This document shows positions 13,027 to 25,803 of a stretch of 64,000 nt of DNA, piece after piece. The first letter of the stretch is position 1, and each line of letters begins with the position of its first letter. Position numbers and translations under genes: made by a program. This DNA comes from Octopus sinensis (Eukaryota): positions 71,486,001 through 71,550,000 of the forward strand of contig NC_043003.1 of the NCBI RefSeq assembly GCF_006345805.1. The letters run 5' to 3'. The notes under the pieces are model-generated. The model saw only the letters and a list, made by a program, of their open reading frames with translations, was not told the origin of the DNA and did no database searches.

Positions 13027-13027
<1 letters not shown>
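12559..13027. mobile_element. Unit bounded by ~60-bp inverted repeats
   Basis: ctgaaaggctccaatttcaagtactcagagttactcatctcc (12561) matches the reverse complement of 12964-13025. Confidence 0.65.
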
Positions 13028-13074
<47 letters not shown>

Positions 13075-13420
13075 TGTTTTATCTTTTATATTTTACATGT
13101 TTCAGTCATTGAACTGTGGCCTTGTTGGGTATTGCTTTGAAGAGCTTAATCAACCCCAGTACTTATTTTTAAGTCTAGTACATATTGTCAGTCCCTTTGA
13201 CTGAATTGTGAAGTTCTGGGGATGTAAACAAACCAACACTGCTTGTCAGTCAGTAGTAGGAGGACAAGGCAAACACAGACAAACATATACATTATATATT
13301 ATTCCATGGGCTTCCTCACAATTTTCATCCATCAGATTCACTCATAAGAGATTGATTTGCCACAGCTATAGTAGCAGACACTTGACCAAGGTTCTGCACA
13401 GTAGGATTGAACCCCAAACC
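13075..13420 (-). mobile_element. OK/OR-type SINE, diverged
   Basis: tgtttcagtcattgaactgtggcc...agacacttgaccaagg...ggattgaaccc. Confidence 0.75.
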
Positions 13421-13424
13421 AACA

Positions 13425-14180
13425 GGAAACTCCTTGCATAGCAGTGCTACTGAGGGACACTGATAGTTTGAGATAAACTTTACAGGCACAGAAGTGCCAT
13501 TAGACAGTATAACCCAAGTTGCATGAACTACAACAAAACTGTAGTGCACATACCTGTGCAGTTTTGGAGCATTGCTGACTTGTGAAGTTATGTCAAACAG
13601 CTGTTATCACATGAAGGACAAATCAAACTATTGCCTGACTGCCGATATTAAACAGAGCAGGGCAAGTAGTGTTCCTCTGTTCAATAGCTATGGTGAAAGA
13701 AGTAGTGTAGGATAATGATGAAAGGATTGAGGTCAGATATTTTCCACTCTGGTCAAGCCATCATCGATTTTTTTTTTTAAAGTTAAACTTGGAAAGGTAA
13801 GTGAAGGCGGAGAAGGAAGTGCTCTCTCCCAGTGAATTTGTCAAAGAGTGGGTGACTGTGGCAAAAATAGTTAGGGTGAATGGACCTATTCTAAGCTTGT
13901 GCCTGTAGACTACCAAGGGCAAGAGCCTGTGCTCTTGGTGGTCAGGGGAATCCTGGATCTGTGGGGTTCATTGACTGGTCCTAGTTGGAGGTTCTCTTAT
14001 ATCAGGAGGACTGCATCATAGATGTGTTCACATACTTTACACACTATGAACACGTTTATCTCATTTCCCCTTCCTCTCCCTTTCTTTCCCCTTGTCTTTT
14101 ATATAAATCCATGAACAAACTGTAAACTGTCCTTTTAGTGTCTCCCATCTGAATTCCCTGCAGTAAATAAAAGAAATTTT
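13425..14180 (+). mobile_element. L1/Tx1 ORF2 C-terminus (zf-RVT region) and 3' UTR
   Basis: Reads LLA*QCY*GTLIV*DKLYRH...PSC...KTVVH...IADL*SYVKQLLS; ends at aataaaagaaatttt. Confidence 0.65.
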
Positions 14181-14287
14181 CATTGTTATTGCTTTTTGTT
14201 GTTATTATCATCAGTATTTGGATAAAGGTTTTGTATTTGCATTTTTGAGATGGTAGCTTGAATTAAAAACATACACACACACACAGT

Positions 14288-14715
14288 CATCATCGTCATC
14301 ATGTACTGTATGCCTGCAGCCCATTGATGACAGACTTGTTGTCTGATGGTCCTTGTAAAGAGGCTTATAACATTCTCTTATACACCTGCATTTCAAAAAC
14401 ATTATGTTCTCTTCAAATTTGTTGAAAGTCTAATTAAATTTTCTTCTTGCATGATGCTCAAACTGAGTGCTGTTAATTCATAATTTGTTTGCATGGTAGA
14501 ATTCTGCAAGTTTCCATCCTCTGTAACCTTACACCCCTGCACAATGGCTTCCCATAATTTCTTTTATTAGAGGTGTTTGTTCTACTTTGGCATTGATGTT
14601 TCACATAATGACTAATATGCCCTCGTTTTAGTCATTTGTTCATTATGTTTGATAGTTTTTCATAGAATAGATCAATCATTTCCTTGTCCTTATCAGAAGT
14701 CGGTGCATATAGCTT
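14288..14715 (-). mobile_element. Internally deleted RTE fragment (AP endonuclease piece plus (GAT)n tail)
   Basis: Reads LYAPTSDKDKEMIDLFYEKL...NAKVE; catcatcgtcatcat tail at 14288. Confidence 0.6.
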
Positions 14716-16140
14716 ACTATAATGGATGGTATGTCTGTCTGTTCTCTCCTCATAGTCAAACAGTTGGACCAATGGTCATGATGTTTTTGGAATTACGAAG
14801 GAGGTAATCAGGAAGGTTTTTAATGAAAAAAATGTGAAAAAGTATGATTATTTAGTGGATATTGAGATTTGTATTAATAAATCACCTTTGATTTTTTTTT
14901 TGTTAAAATTCTGGTGACAAGGATTAACTCTGGATTTCACCCCAATGTAGTTCATAAATTTAGAGGGTTTAGATTTGCGATTCTATCCCTATATTTCCCA
15001 TTGTAGATGGGCAAATTTACTATCTTACTACAGCAGGTGTTATGTCTGTCTGTCTGTCTCTTTGTCTGTTCCTTCTTCACAGCCAGATGGCTGGACCAAT
15101 GGTTACAATATTTTTCAGGATTACAAAGACAGTCGTCAGGAAGGTTTTTAGCATTAAAAAATCAGAAAGTACGATTATTTCGTGGATGTCGATTTTTGAA
15201 TTGATAAACCATCTTTACAATTTTATTAAAAATTCACCGACCACAAGTAACTCTGGATTTCCATTGTATAGTTTGTGGCCCCATTGTAGATACAAAGTGG
15301 GGTCACGAGGATGGTTAATAGCGAAAATACAATGGATAAAGAGTGTGTCAGTATATAGTGTGTGTGATTATTTAGTGGTTATTGCTATGTGTCAATCTTG
15401 AGCAAGATTCAAAATGGCTAATTGAAGCAGCAGTTCTTTACACTTTAGTTTTATCAATCAAAATAACCCATGGTATCAGATCATCCAGACATTATTCGCA
15501 TAGAACAGTGAGAGGTAAGTCTCAGTTTGATTTTTTGCAACCCTAAAGATTCCGCTGAAGACATTCACAGCAAACAAGGCACAGGGCCAGATTTTAGATC
15601 GTGTAGGTGTATTTTTACCCACTCTGATGTTTACGTTGGTTTGAGTAGAGCAACGAACTCCAGTAATTTTAAAATTAATGTTGACCAAACGGAAAATATC
15701 GCCTACAAAGAAGATTTGTAATCATATTGATATTATTGAAAGGAATATGATTCATAATTTAAATAAGGAGGTCTGTGAACTTTGAATGTATAAACAAGTG
15801 TAAAATAGTGTAAACAACTAAAATAAAAGTATATCTAAATAACGTTCTTTTTTTAATACTTTTTATGTAGTGGTCGAAAGAAGCTCTGCTTTCATTAGGA
15901 GTGGTCCACATAAACATTCATGATACAGAGGCTGGGAGCTTATTTCAGTTTGGGAGTGAATCACCATCACGTCACTTAATCACAAACACATCATATAGCT
16001 GCAATGGAATGCTGTATCACCAACAATAATGTGATTTCTCTCAGACATCACTGAGTAATCCATCATTTACACATTTCTCAATACATACTGCTGTTATGAC
16101 TCCCCTCTCTCATTTTATGCCTCAATCGTAGATTTGCTAG
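14710..16140 (+). mobile_element. Helitron remnant with duplicated 5' end and Pif1 helicase C-terminus
   Basis: (GTCT)n-containing 5' units at ~14710 and ~15020; TANKAQGQILDRVGVFL and YVGLSRAT...TENIAYKEDL* (15560-15721); candidate 3' end CTAG|T at 16140. Confidence 0.75.
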
Positions 16141-17259
16141 TTTGTATAATGGATATTGGATGAGGCATTGCATTTAGTCTGGTGCCAATAACCCTTTCAT
16201 TGATTGGGTTGTATCCCATAATAGATACACATACACACATAAAAACCACACATATATGTATATACATAGTCTGCCAAACCCAGTGCTTGAATCAATTATT
16301 CAGTTTAACATTAAATTATTTTATTTCTTCCTACCGATTTCAGGTGAAAGGTAAATTCTTTAAATTGCCAGACATTTTATTATTTTTTATTTTAAAATTT
16401 GATTAAATCTATCAGAATGTTCACTGAAATACTCTTGTTTCCTTCATGTCTGTTTTTCAAAATGAATAATAATTCCTAATTTTTTGTTTTACTTTAAAGC
16501 ATTTTTAATTTTATTTTGTTTGCTAAAAATTTATTGTGCTTAATTCAAATTAAAATATCTTTTCTATTTTGAATTCTAAAATGTTTCTTTAGTTATCATT
16601 TTTACTCCTTATTAAATATATCAATTGCCAAAAATGCAAAGATATCATAAAATCCTGTTGCTCTTAAACTAAAAAAATTATAAAATTATGATGTTGTATT
16701 TATTTTGAATTCTGCCTCAGTATTATTGTGAATTAAAGTGCAAACTGAGAAACTTTTGAAGCTCATTCCTAGCACCAAAACCTTCCAATGGACCTGCCCA
16801 TAATACCTGGAAATGGTATTCAATATCATAAAAATGTTTGAATGTTTAAATTAATAAGGCATAGCAGAGAAATACAATTAGCTCAAATTCTTTGTGTTCT
16901 CATCATTTGGAATGAATGACAGAGTGACAACAGTCCATTAAATTCGAGTTTATCCAAGTTAATAAGTTAGAATATTAACATTATATTGGGTAATATACTC
17001 TAACTATGATGTCATGTCTGTACTCTAACATTGTTTTAAGTGAATATTAAACTGTTTTGTAGTTAAACTGCATGCATGTGATTTTGAAGTGTACAAAATC
17101 TCTTATATGAAATGAAAAAAATACAATATAGTTTATTTAATTTTTGATTTAAATGGCTTGCACAAAACAGTTTTTACAAATCAATATCTGTAACACAAAT
17201 AGCTTTTAAGAAATATTTCCTTTAGTGTTTATATTCCATTAAATGAACAATTCTATTTT

Positions 17260-17425
17260 GTAGGTTTGAATCCAATATCCATTATATAAGTACATGCACC
17301 AACTTCTGATGAGGATGAGGAGATGATTGATTCATTCTTTGAAACACTACAGAACACAATGAACAAATGACTAAAATGAGGACAGAGTGGTCGTTGTGGG
17401 AAATATCGATGCCAAAGTAGGCGAC
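17260..17425 (+). mobile_element. RTE AP-endonuclease fragment
   Basis: Reads ISII*VHAPTSDEDEEMIDSFFETLQ...VVGNIDAKVG; same family as 14288-14715. Confidence 0.7.
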
Positions 17426-19937
17426 TTGGATAACACGCACTTTGTTCAGTCTTAATCATCCATCATAATCAAGCTCTGCCCAGCTGTAGTTAATGATATT
17501 TACCCTGTTTTCATCAAATGTTAAGACCACCCACCTACCCACCCACCCCAAAAATACAGCAATGAGTTCACAAAAGTACTTAAGTGGATACCAAACCCAT
17601 GGATAAGCGATCTGATGAAATTTCTGAATAACAAAAGGCAATCAGACTATTTTTTTACAATGTGAAGATTGTCAATATCTAAGCTGAAACAAGCCAACTA
17701 AGCATCAGTAAAGCAAAACATGAGGGCTAGTGCAAAAAATGAGGGAGCACTTTCTTGCAATTTTTGATCCACTGTTGACACTTTTGATAGAAATGATGAT
17801 CACAGTAATCAACATTAAAATAGAAGAAAACAGAGCAGGAATAGGAACCAAGAAACAAATTCAGTTTAATAAATATAGTGATTTCACATTCTGGTCCATA
17901 ATGCTATTTATTTTCAAAATAAAGAAAAACAGATGGTGCATATACCAAATCTAGTAGGGTTTATAATGAGCAAAATAGAAATTTCTCAAATAAATATTGA
18001 AAAAATATTGTAAAGTATACTGAAAACACATTGAAAGCAGCTAGGCCCTTATGAGATCTTGGTTAGATTACTAAAAGAGAATAATGTTTTGTTTCCGAAC
18101 TGTTTTCTAAATGACAAACATCACTTACAACAGATGGGTTTTCTAGCTGTATGACTGCACCACCAAAAACCTAACATGCTATAAACAATGGGTAAACGAC
18201 ATTATTTCTGATGAAACTTCCCCATTTTCCAAAAAGCTAAAAGAGAAAGATTGGGAGATTTTAACTTTTGGGAAGTGTGAGGTGATGGGGCAAAATTCTT
18301 AAAAATTAATACTTGCTGCTTTTTCTTCATGTATTACCAAGAATAAAAATTTGAAAAGTGTAAAAGATGAAATTGGTGTGGAGAGGGGGAAAAATTAAAA
18401 TATTGTGAACGTATTTAGTGGGTGAAATTGTAATCTCCTGTATCGCAAACATAGGAATTGGAAGAAATTGAGGAAAAAAAAGTAAGGGTGGGGATGGAAA
18501 TATTACCTCAGACATGCTAGAAAGAAGAGATAAAGAACAGGATTTCTAGGAAAACCTCCTTTTAAGTTTATAGTGAAGAGCAGGTTTTTAAATATGCTCA
18601 TCACAAACACAAATTACACAGTAGAAAAAGATCATTTCAATTGGATTTGAGCTGTAAATTTGCATGTGCACACTGCAAGAAATAACATAATTTGCACAGA
18701 AGTTTTACCTAGAGTGTGTGTATGTGTGTCAAAGGAAGTTATTTTATGGCATTCTTTTGCTTGAAGAAGCAAAGTTTTCAACTCAACATATATGAGACCA
18801 TTTGATTGTTCATTAATTTCCATAAAATAGTTTTAATTTCTGTATGCTTTGAAGAGAGCAGAAATTGAAAGGGAGGATAAAGTGAAAAGGCAACATTTGC
18901 TTTGAAGTAAGAGGAGAAAGTGTAAGATGTATGTGTAAATGAAATAGATGTGTGTGTGAGAGCGAGAGAGAGAAAGAGAGAGTGAGTGAGTGAGTGAAGG
19001 TGTGTGTTGTGATGTAAATTAATTTGACATTACTACATATTTTTTAACTGTAAAACATTATAGGCTGTAGGGTAATTACTGACTAACGCAGTAAAAAGGT
19101 TGTGTGATGTTGATACTCAGTGATGAAGAATACAAGAACTGTTAAAAAACATTATTTTGAAACTGGTTAGAAGGAGTGGAATAACATTTCTATAATTATA
19201 GTGAAAGAGCCGATTAGGCTTTCTACTTCGCCAAGTTTACGAATTTGTTATAATAACCAGAATAACATTTTATTTTCTGATATATTTGCGAGTATTGTGA
19301 GTGGTGTTAAATCAGCCAAATCTTCATGTTGGTAGTATTTTTAATTGAATGCTGTTCGTTTAATGTCCAAGCTGCAACTAAACTTTCAATATCAGTGCGT
19401 CTCACTGTTGGGGTGGGGTGGGGGGAGAAACTTACATACATAAACTAAGACACACACACACACATACATTAATGCACATCTGAAGCCTATCTCTGTCCCT
19501 GTGTGTGTCGGTCATCACAAAAATGTATGCATACTGACAGAAACATACACCGTCACACACATATACTTGTCAGTCATCGGCCTAACATAGGTAACAAATG
19601 TGCGAACACACTCATATAGAAAATGTGATGTCATTGTTGTTATGGTTGTGATATAAAATGTTTACGATAGGTGACTAAAAGAAAACTGACTATGTTAAAT
19701 TTTTGTAATGCAAATAAGTGAATGAAAATATAGTTTATTTGTTAGGCAAAAGCCTACTGAATCTTTTGATACCCCATACGTCAAAATCAGCAACTCTGTT
19801 TTGGAATGAATAAGGAACATATGCACACACACACTCTCTCTCTCTCTCTCTCTCTCTTTTATATATATAAGATAATAAAATGAAATAGGGCGGTAATTAA
19901 TAAATCATTATCTATTAATTAAAAATTTGATAAACAT

Positions 19938-20021
19938 CTCTTACAGCTGTTTCAATTCCAGACCTTCAGAAAAATTAATTAATAAAATTAAAAATGATTG
20001 AAAGGCGAATTGCTTCAAAAT
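19938..20021 (-). ncRNA. Degenerate hammerhead ribozyme in the inverted pLTR of PLE 1
   Basis: GAAAC-agct-GTA-agag intact; stem II aattc...gaatt with an inner arm; core decayed to ttgaagc. Confidence 0.5.
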
Positions 20022-21890
20022 TAGTTTAAGATATGCAAAATAGGTGTTCAATTCCTGCATGTTGAGTAAATGGCTGCAAACCATTAACTGATAAAATTTA
20101 TACCTAAAGAACACAGTATAAACTATGGTATAGAAGGGGGAGTAAGGCTGTGTATACGAGTGTTGTAAAGTAAGAATATAACAATATATTCATCTAGAGT
20201 GTTAAGTATAAGAAAAACTCAAGTAGATATAATTGGTAAAAATGTCATGTTGTGATATTTAGCATTTATTCCATCCATATTAAATCAATAGAAAATTAGT
20301 ATGTAGAGTTTAATTCAAGTGTGTATATTTATTATTAATATTTAGTATTTAATTAAGGTGGAAGACAATGCAGGCAATCTATAAATATCAAAAGTAATCA
20401 TCCAGCCTCAATTAAAAATGCATTAATTAAAAATATTAGCAGAAGAATTTCTTACATATTTTCTAATGAAGAAATATTTAATAAGTATTAAGACCAATAT
20501 GATGTAGCCTTAGCAAATGCTGGTTATAATGATAGAATAAAATATATTCCACATATAGATAATATTGATTATTAATAATAGTAGCACCTGTGGTTATAGT
20601 AATAATAATGACACAAACAGAAATATCCCTAGCATAAAAACAAATGTATATAATGGCATTAACACTAATACCAAACTTATTGGAATAAATGCTAAATATA
20701 AGAACATTTTATATAAAAATATAAATAGTGATAGAAATATGACTAAGAATAAAAATGAAATACTCGATAAAAATAATTATAATTATGATATGAATTACAA
20801 TAGTAATAGCAAGGGTAAAAGCTTAAATAGAACTAACACTAAGCTGGATTGAAATTTGAAAGTTAAGAATATGAAGGAAATCACACCTAGTAATAAAAAT
20901 AAATATTTACCTAATAAATATACAGCTTTTAATAGAAATGATGAATTATCTAACAATAATATACAGTTGATTTTGCCTTTGGCAATGCTAATTAAAAGTA
21001 ACTTGATAAAATTCTTTCAATTATTAACAAGCATTAATAATTTAATAATAGCAATAGATATCATGAAATTATCAATAATAAAACTATTAATATTGGATAT
21101 AGTTTAACCCATAACCTTGCAACTATTATATCTTCTATAAATGATAGGAAATTAGACATATTCTACTTGAACAGAAGTAATTCTAACAGGAATAATAATA
21201 ATAGTAATATTTTAACCCCCCGTAATTAACCTTAATAACAATAATAACACACTTCTGCTGAACAGCACCAGTACTAACTATAAGGTCCATTCACCTAACA
21301 TTCCTAATATTTATAATATATATAATGGTTGTGATTGTAAGATTAAAAGTAATTGCTTATTTAAGAACACATGTATGTGTAAAAGCGTAATATATCAATG
21401 TACTGTAACAGCACAGAGAATGAAAAATTCTTATATAGGTTCGACACAAAATGAGGTTAAAAAACATATTGCCACTCATCTCCATACTTGTGGAAATAAA
21501 CATAAATCTAATTTTACAGGACTAAGTAAATTTATTAGGGAGTTAAACGATAGGAATATACATTACAATTTGAAATGGGAAATACTTGCCCCAGCACCTT
21601 CCTATGTCATTTATGCTTAAATGAAAAGTTTTTCTTATTCTCTCTGCAAAATAAACTATTCTTAACCTCAGAGACTCTTGCATACACAAAACCAAATTTG
21701 TATTTTCAAAATCTGGATCAAATATTATTTAGTTATTTTTATTCCTAATACTAATACACATGTTTAAATTATATAATAGCTTACTTACCCCTTTCCCTTA
21801 ATGCTTTATAGTATGTAAACCCCTCTTAAAGGTACTCATTTTATGTTTAATTTTTACCATGTATATGTATATATATATATATATTTATAT

Positions 21891-22197
21891 ACGGCACATA
21901 AAAAGCACCATCCGAACGTGGCTGATGCCAGCGCCGCCTTGGCTGGCTTCCGTGCCGGTAGCACGTTAAAAGCACCAACCAATCGTGGCCGATGCCAGAC
22001 CCCCCTGGCACCTGTGCAGGTGGCATGTAAAAAGCACCCACTACACTCACGGAGTGGTTGGCATTAGGAAGGGCATCCAGCTGTAGAAACACTGCCAGAT
22101 CAGACTGGAGCCTGGTGCAGCCCTGGCTTCCCAGACTCCGGTCGAACCGTCCAACCCGTGCTAGCGCGGAAAACGGACGGTAAAAGATGATGATGAT
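21891..22197 (+). mobile_element. RTE 3' end in a (TA)n tract
   Basis: ggcacataaaaagcacc repeats, ggaagggcatccagctgtagaaac core, (GAT)n tail. Confidence 0.85.
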
Positions 22198-22744
22198 ATA
22201 TATATATATATATATACTTATCTATATCTGCATTTATATTTTTAACCTTTTTAGAGATGAAGGTAATGGCTCTCTTACATACATGACCAAATTTGTAATT
22301 TTAGTTTTGATACATGGATACACTATTTTTTTAGTTATTCTTATTCCTTATACTTACATGCATATTTAAATTGTTTAACAGCTTATTAGCCCCTATCTCT
22401 CACACTATACTCTCTTTAACCCTTTTATGGTTCCCCCATTATATATATTCCTTACCATGTATATACATTTATGTGTATCAGTATTTTTATATTCTTACCC
22501 TCTCTTATATCGCTTGGCTTATTAATTTAATAAGTATATGATTATAAACTCCATATTTATTGTGTAAACATACTATGTTTACAGTATAACTTGCACCTAT
22601 CTCATAATACTCTAAATTTATTGTTCCCCTATTATATTTATTAATTACCATGTTTTATTCATTTCTATATTTTTACAACTAATCCTTTCATTATTTTTTA
22701 ATTAATTGGCTTTACCTTTTAAGCTATATTTGGTCATATCTCCA

Positions 22745-22789
<45 letters not shown>

Positions 22790-22894
22790 CAATTAGCTTT
22801 CTTGTACCTACCTCCTGATTTAACCATTATTCCCTCTATCTTCCAGCCTTTACTTAATTGAATATTTTACTTACTTTTTTTTCTTTCTATTCTT

Positions 22895-23746
22895 AGTAGA
22901 ATGCTTTAATATTTTTAGTTATAAATCCACTTATTATTTTGTACAGTATTTTTTACTTCATAACTTGCACACCTCTCAAAGACGATAATCTTCACATTTT
23001 CTATCTAGCCAAATTTACTTATTTGTTTTGCTTTATAGTAACTTATATGTTACCTTTCCTTGACTGTTTTTTTCTATTAGTTTTCATATTTGGTCCTATC
23101 TTCACCTATATATACATACAATAATTACAGTGTACTTTTACCTATCTCCTAGGAAACATAATAATTCTTTTTATAATTCTTTTGTATCCCCCCCCCTCTC
23201 TCTCTCTTTCAATGTATTGCTATCTCATGTACAATAAATTCGTTACGATTTTTTTTATCTCCTTGCATGAAATATTTACATTTACCAGGTCTCATTTAGT
23301 GTATATCCTTAATTTAGATTGTTCCAAGTTTTTCATTAGCTCTTCACTTCTAAATTAGATTAATTGTACTATATGAACCAAACCAGTAGCTATTTTCTAA
23401 CTCATTGTAAATAATACATATTTATTTCAACCTGGTTTTGCTTTGGTATATCCCTAATTTAGATTATTCCCAGCTATTCTTCAGCACTTCATCTCCAAAT
23501 TAATACCTACTTCCGGTTTTGAGGGCTTTATATTTAACTATTTAAGTAATTTTATAAATAAGTTTTAATTTAACTTGTTGAATTCTAAGTAGAATGCTTT
23601 AATATTTTTAGTTATAAATCCACTTATTATTTCATATAGCATGTTTTACTTCATACCTTGCACACCTCTCTAAGACTATAATCTTCACATTTTCTATCTA
23701 GCCCAATTTACTTATTTGTTTTGCTTTATAGTAACTTATATATTAC
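22895..23746. repeat. ~155-bp direct duplication (22895-23053 and 23588-23746) in the PLE 1 3' region
   Basis: agtagaatgctttaatatttttagttataaatccacttattat...gtaacttatat occurs twice. Confidence 0.85.
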
Positions 23747-23959
23747 TATAAAGCTCTTATTTAAGCTCTTATTATTACTTTTATTAGCATATATTTAATC
23801 CCTATAATTCTTATTTGTTTATTTAATTATGTTAAATACAATATCTCTTTACCTGAGCTTCTTAACATATTTACATCCGGTACCTCACCAAGGGAACGCT
23901 CTGCATATATGAAATTTAAACATTTTTGCCCAATAATTCTTTATCTTTATTAGTCTAGA

Positions 23960-24208
23960 TCATCATCATCATCGTTTAACGTCTGTTTTCCGTGCTAGCA
24001 CGGGTTGGACGGTTCGACCGGGGTCTGGGAAGCCAGGGGCTGCACCAGGCTCCAGTCTGATCTGGCAGAGTTTCTACAGCTGGATGCCCTTCCTAACGCC
24101 AACCACTCCGTGAGTATAGTGGGTGCTTTTTACGTGCCACCTGCACAGGTGCCAGGGGGGTCCGGCATCGGCCACGATCGGTTGGAGCTTTTAACGTGCC
24201 ACCGGCAC
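23960..24208 (-). mobile_element. RTE 3' end
   Basis: Closely similar reverse-complement copy of 21950-22197. Confidence 0.85.
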
Positions 24209-24728
24209 ATCAATAATAAATATTTTTAAGTGGTGAAAGGTAATATTTTGTAAGTCTTTATTCATTTATCAATTTTCTCTCTCTCTATTGTTATTCTTTC
24301 CTATATTTTGTTTTATTTATTTTACGTTATTCTTGTTTTTATTTTATAATTTTTTTGTACCCTAGCATTAAGTTAATATTCTTATTAGTCCTTTAGCCCT
24401 TTCGATATTTATAACAGAAATAGAGTGCCTGCATTGTCTTCCACCTTAATTAAATATTGATAATAAATAACCACAATTGAATTGAACTCTACATACTAAT
24501 ATGCTATTGATTTAATATGGATGGACATAATATCACAATATGACATTTTTACAAATCATATATATATATATATATATATATACATACATACATATATATA
24601 CAAATATATATGTACACATATATACATATATTTATGTATATACATATATACATGAATATATTTATGTATATACATATGAATAAATGAAAAGAATGGAGTC
24701 GAACGAAGATTTTAACAAAATTCCTTTA

Positions 24729-24811
24729 CTTTCGACACATGTTTCGAAGACTGCATATTCTTAATTCTGAAGGAATAAAGTGTGCATTATGCCGTCTTCT
24801 CTTCAGGAAAG
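24729..24811 (-). ncRNA. Type I hammerhead ribozyme, apparently intact
   Basis: Minus strand: ctttc-CTGAAGA-gaagacggcata...tatgcagtcttc-GAAAC-atgt-GTC-gaaag; stems I, II and III all pair. Confidence 0.85.
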
Positions 24812-25803
24812 ACAAGGAGCCTCTATCAGTCTCACGACGAACAAAAACTTTCATACATATACATATATATATACATATATATACATACATACCTATACAT
24901 ATATATACATACATATATATATACATATATATAAACACATATATATACATATATATACATGTATATATATATATGTCTGAGTTTAAATGTGAAATATAAT
25001 AAGAAAAATTCAAATACATATCTTCATTTTTTGCTAGCACCAAGATAAGTTTTTAAAATGGCAATTAGAGAAAGAAGATATCTGAACTAGAAATAGAATT
25101 TACGAACATAGTGGGTGGTCTTTATAGGGAAGACCTACTACTTATAACCAGAAACTGTACCAATAGGTCATTAGAATGCCTGAAGAAGAAATGTACAAGT
25201 TTTGTGAGAATTATGTCCTAGGGATATCTATTGAGAATGAACATTGTGCAGTAAATTATCTAGACATCAACCTTAATCTAGTCACTAATAAGATCCATCC
25301 ATTACATAAGTTGAATGAAAACCTAAAGTATATTAGTTCTTTAAGTAACCATCCTAGATCAGTTAAAGAAGCTTTAATAGATAATAGAAGCAAAAGAATA
25401 TCTAAGCTATCCTCAGATTATGACACTTTTAATAAATATGCCCCATATTATAATAAAGCATTAACTCTGATACAAGCGGGATATAACTCTGATATAAAGT
25501 TCTATAATTATTACGAATACATTAAGAATAATAATATAACAAGCAATCCTAATAAAACTAATAATTCTAACAGTAAAAATATGTATAATAATAAAAGACA
25601 ATATAACAAACTAAATAAAGATTAAAACAATATATTAATGATTAGAACAATAATACTAACATTGATAATGAGAATATGAGCAATAGTAAGAAACATAGGA
25701 AAGTATACAAGCAGAGATATAATATACCTAAGAACAACAATTTAATACCAATAATGTCTAATAATGATAATAGTGATAATATAAAAAATAAAAAGGATAT
25801 ATA

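Larger units (their letters stand above)
19925..24560 (+). mobile_element. Penelope-like element 1 (C-terminal GIY-YIG, Hydra-clade-like) with inverted 5' pLTR segment
   Basis: SNHPASIKNALIKNISRRIS...ALANAGY (from 20393); CDCKIKSNC...VIYQCTV...SYIGSTQNEVK...LSKFIREL...LKWEIL (21330-21620); 20228-20381 is the reverse complement of 24420-24560. Confidence 0.8.

Noticed and set aside
19116-19180. Hammerhead-like gtgatga-agaata...tatttt-GAAAC-tggtt (+)
   Set aside because: The core C is missing and stem I is unconvincing; at best a very decayed pLTR.
24726-25043. Tyr/Ile/His-rich ORFs (also near 40477, 47243, 56642 and 58691)
   Set aside because: These are translations of (TA)n/(CA)n microsatellites and SINEs.
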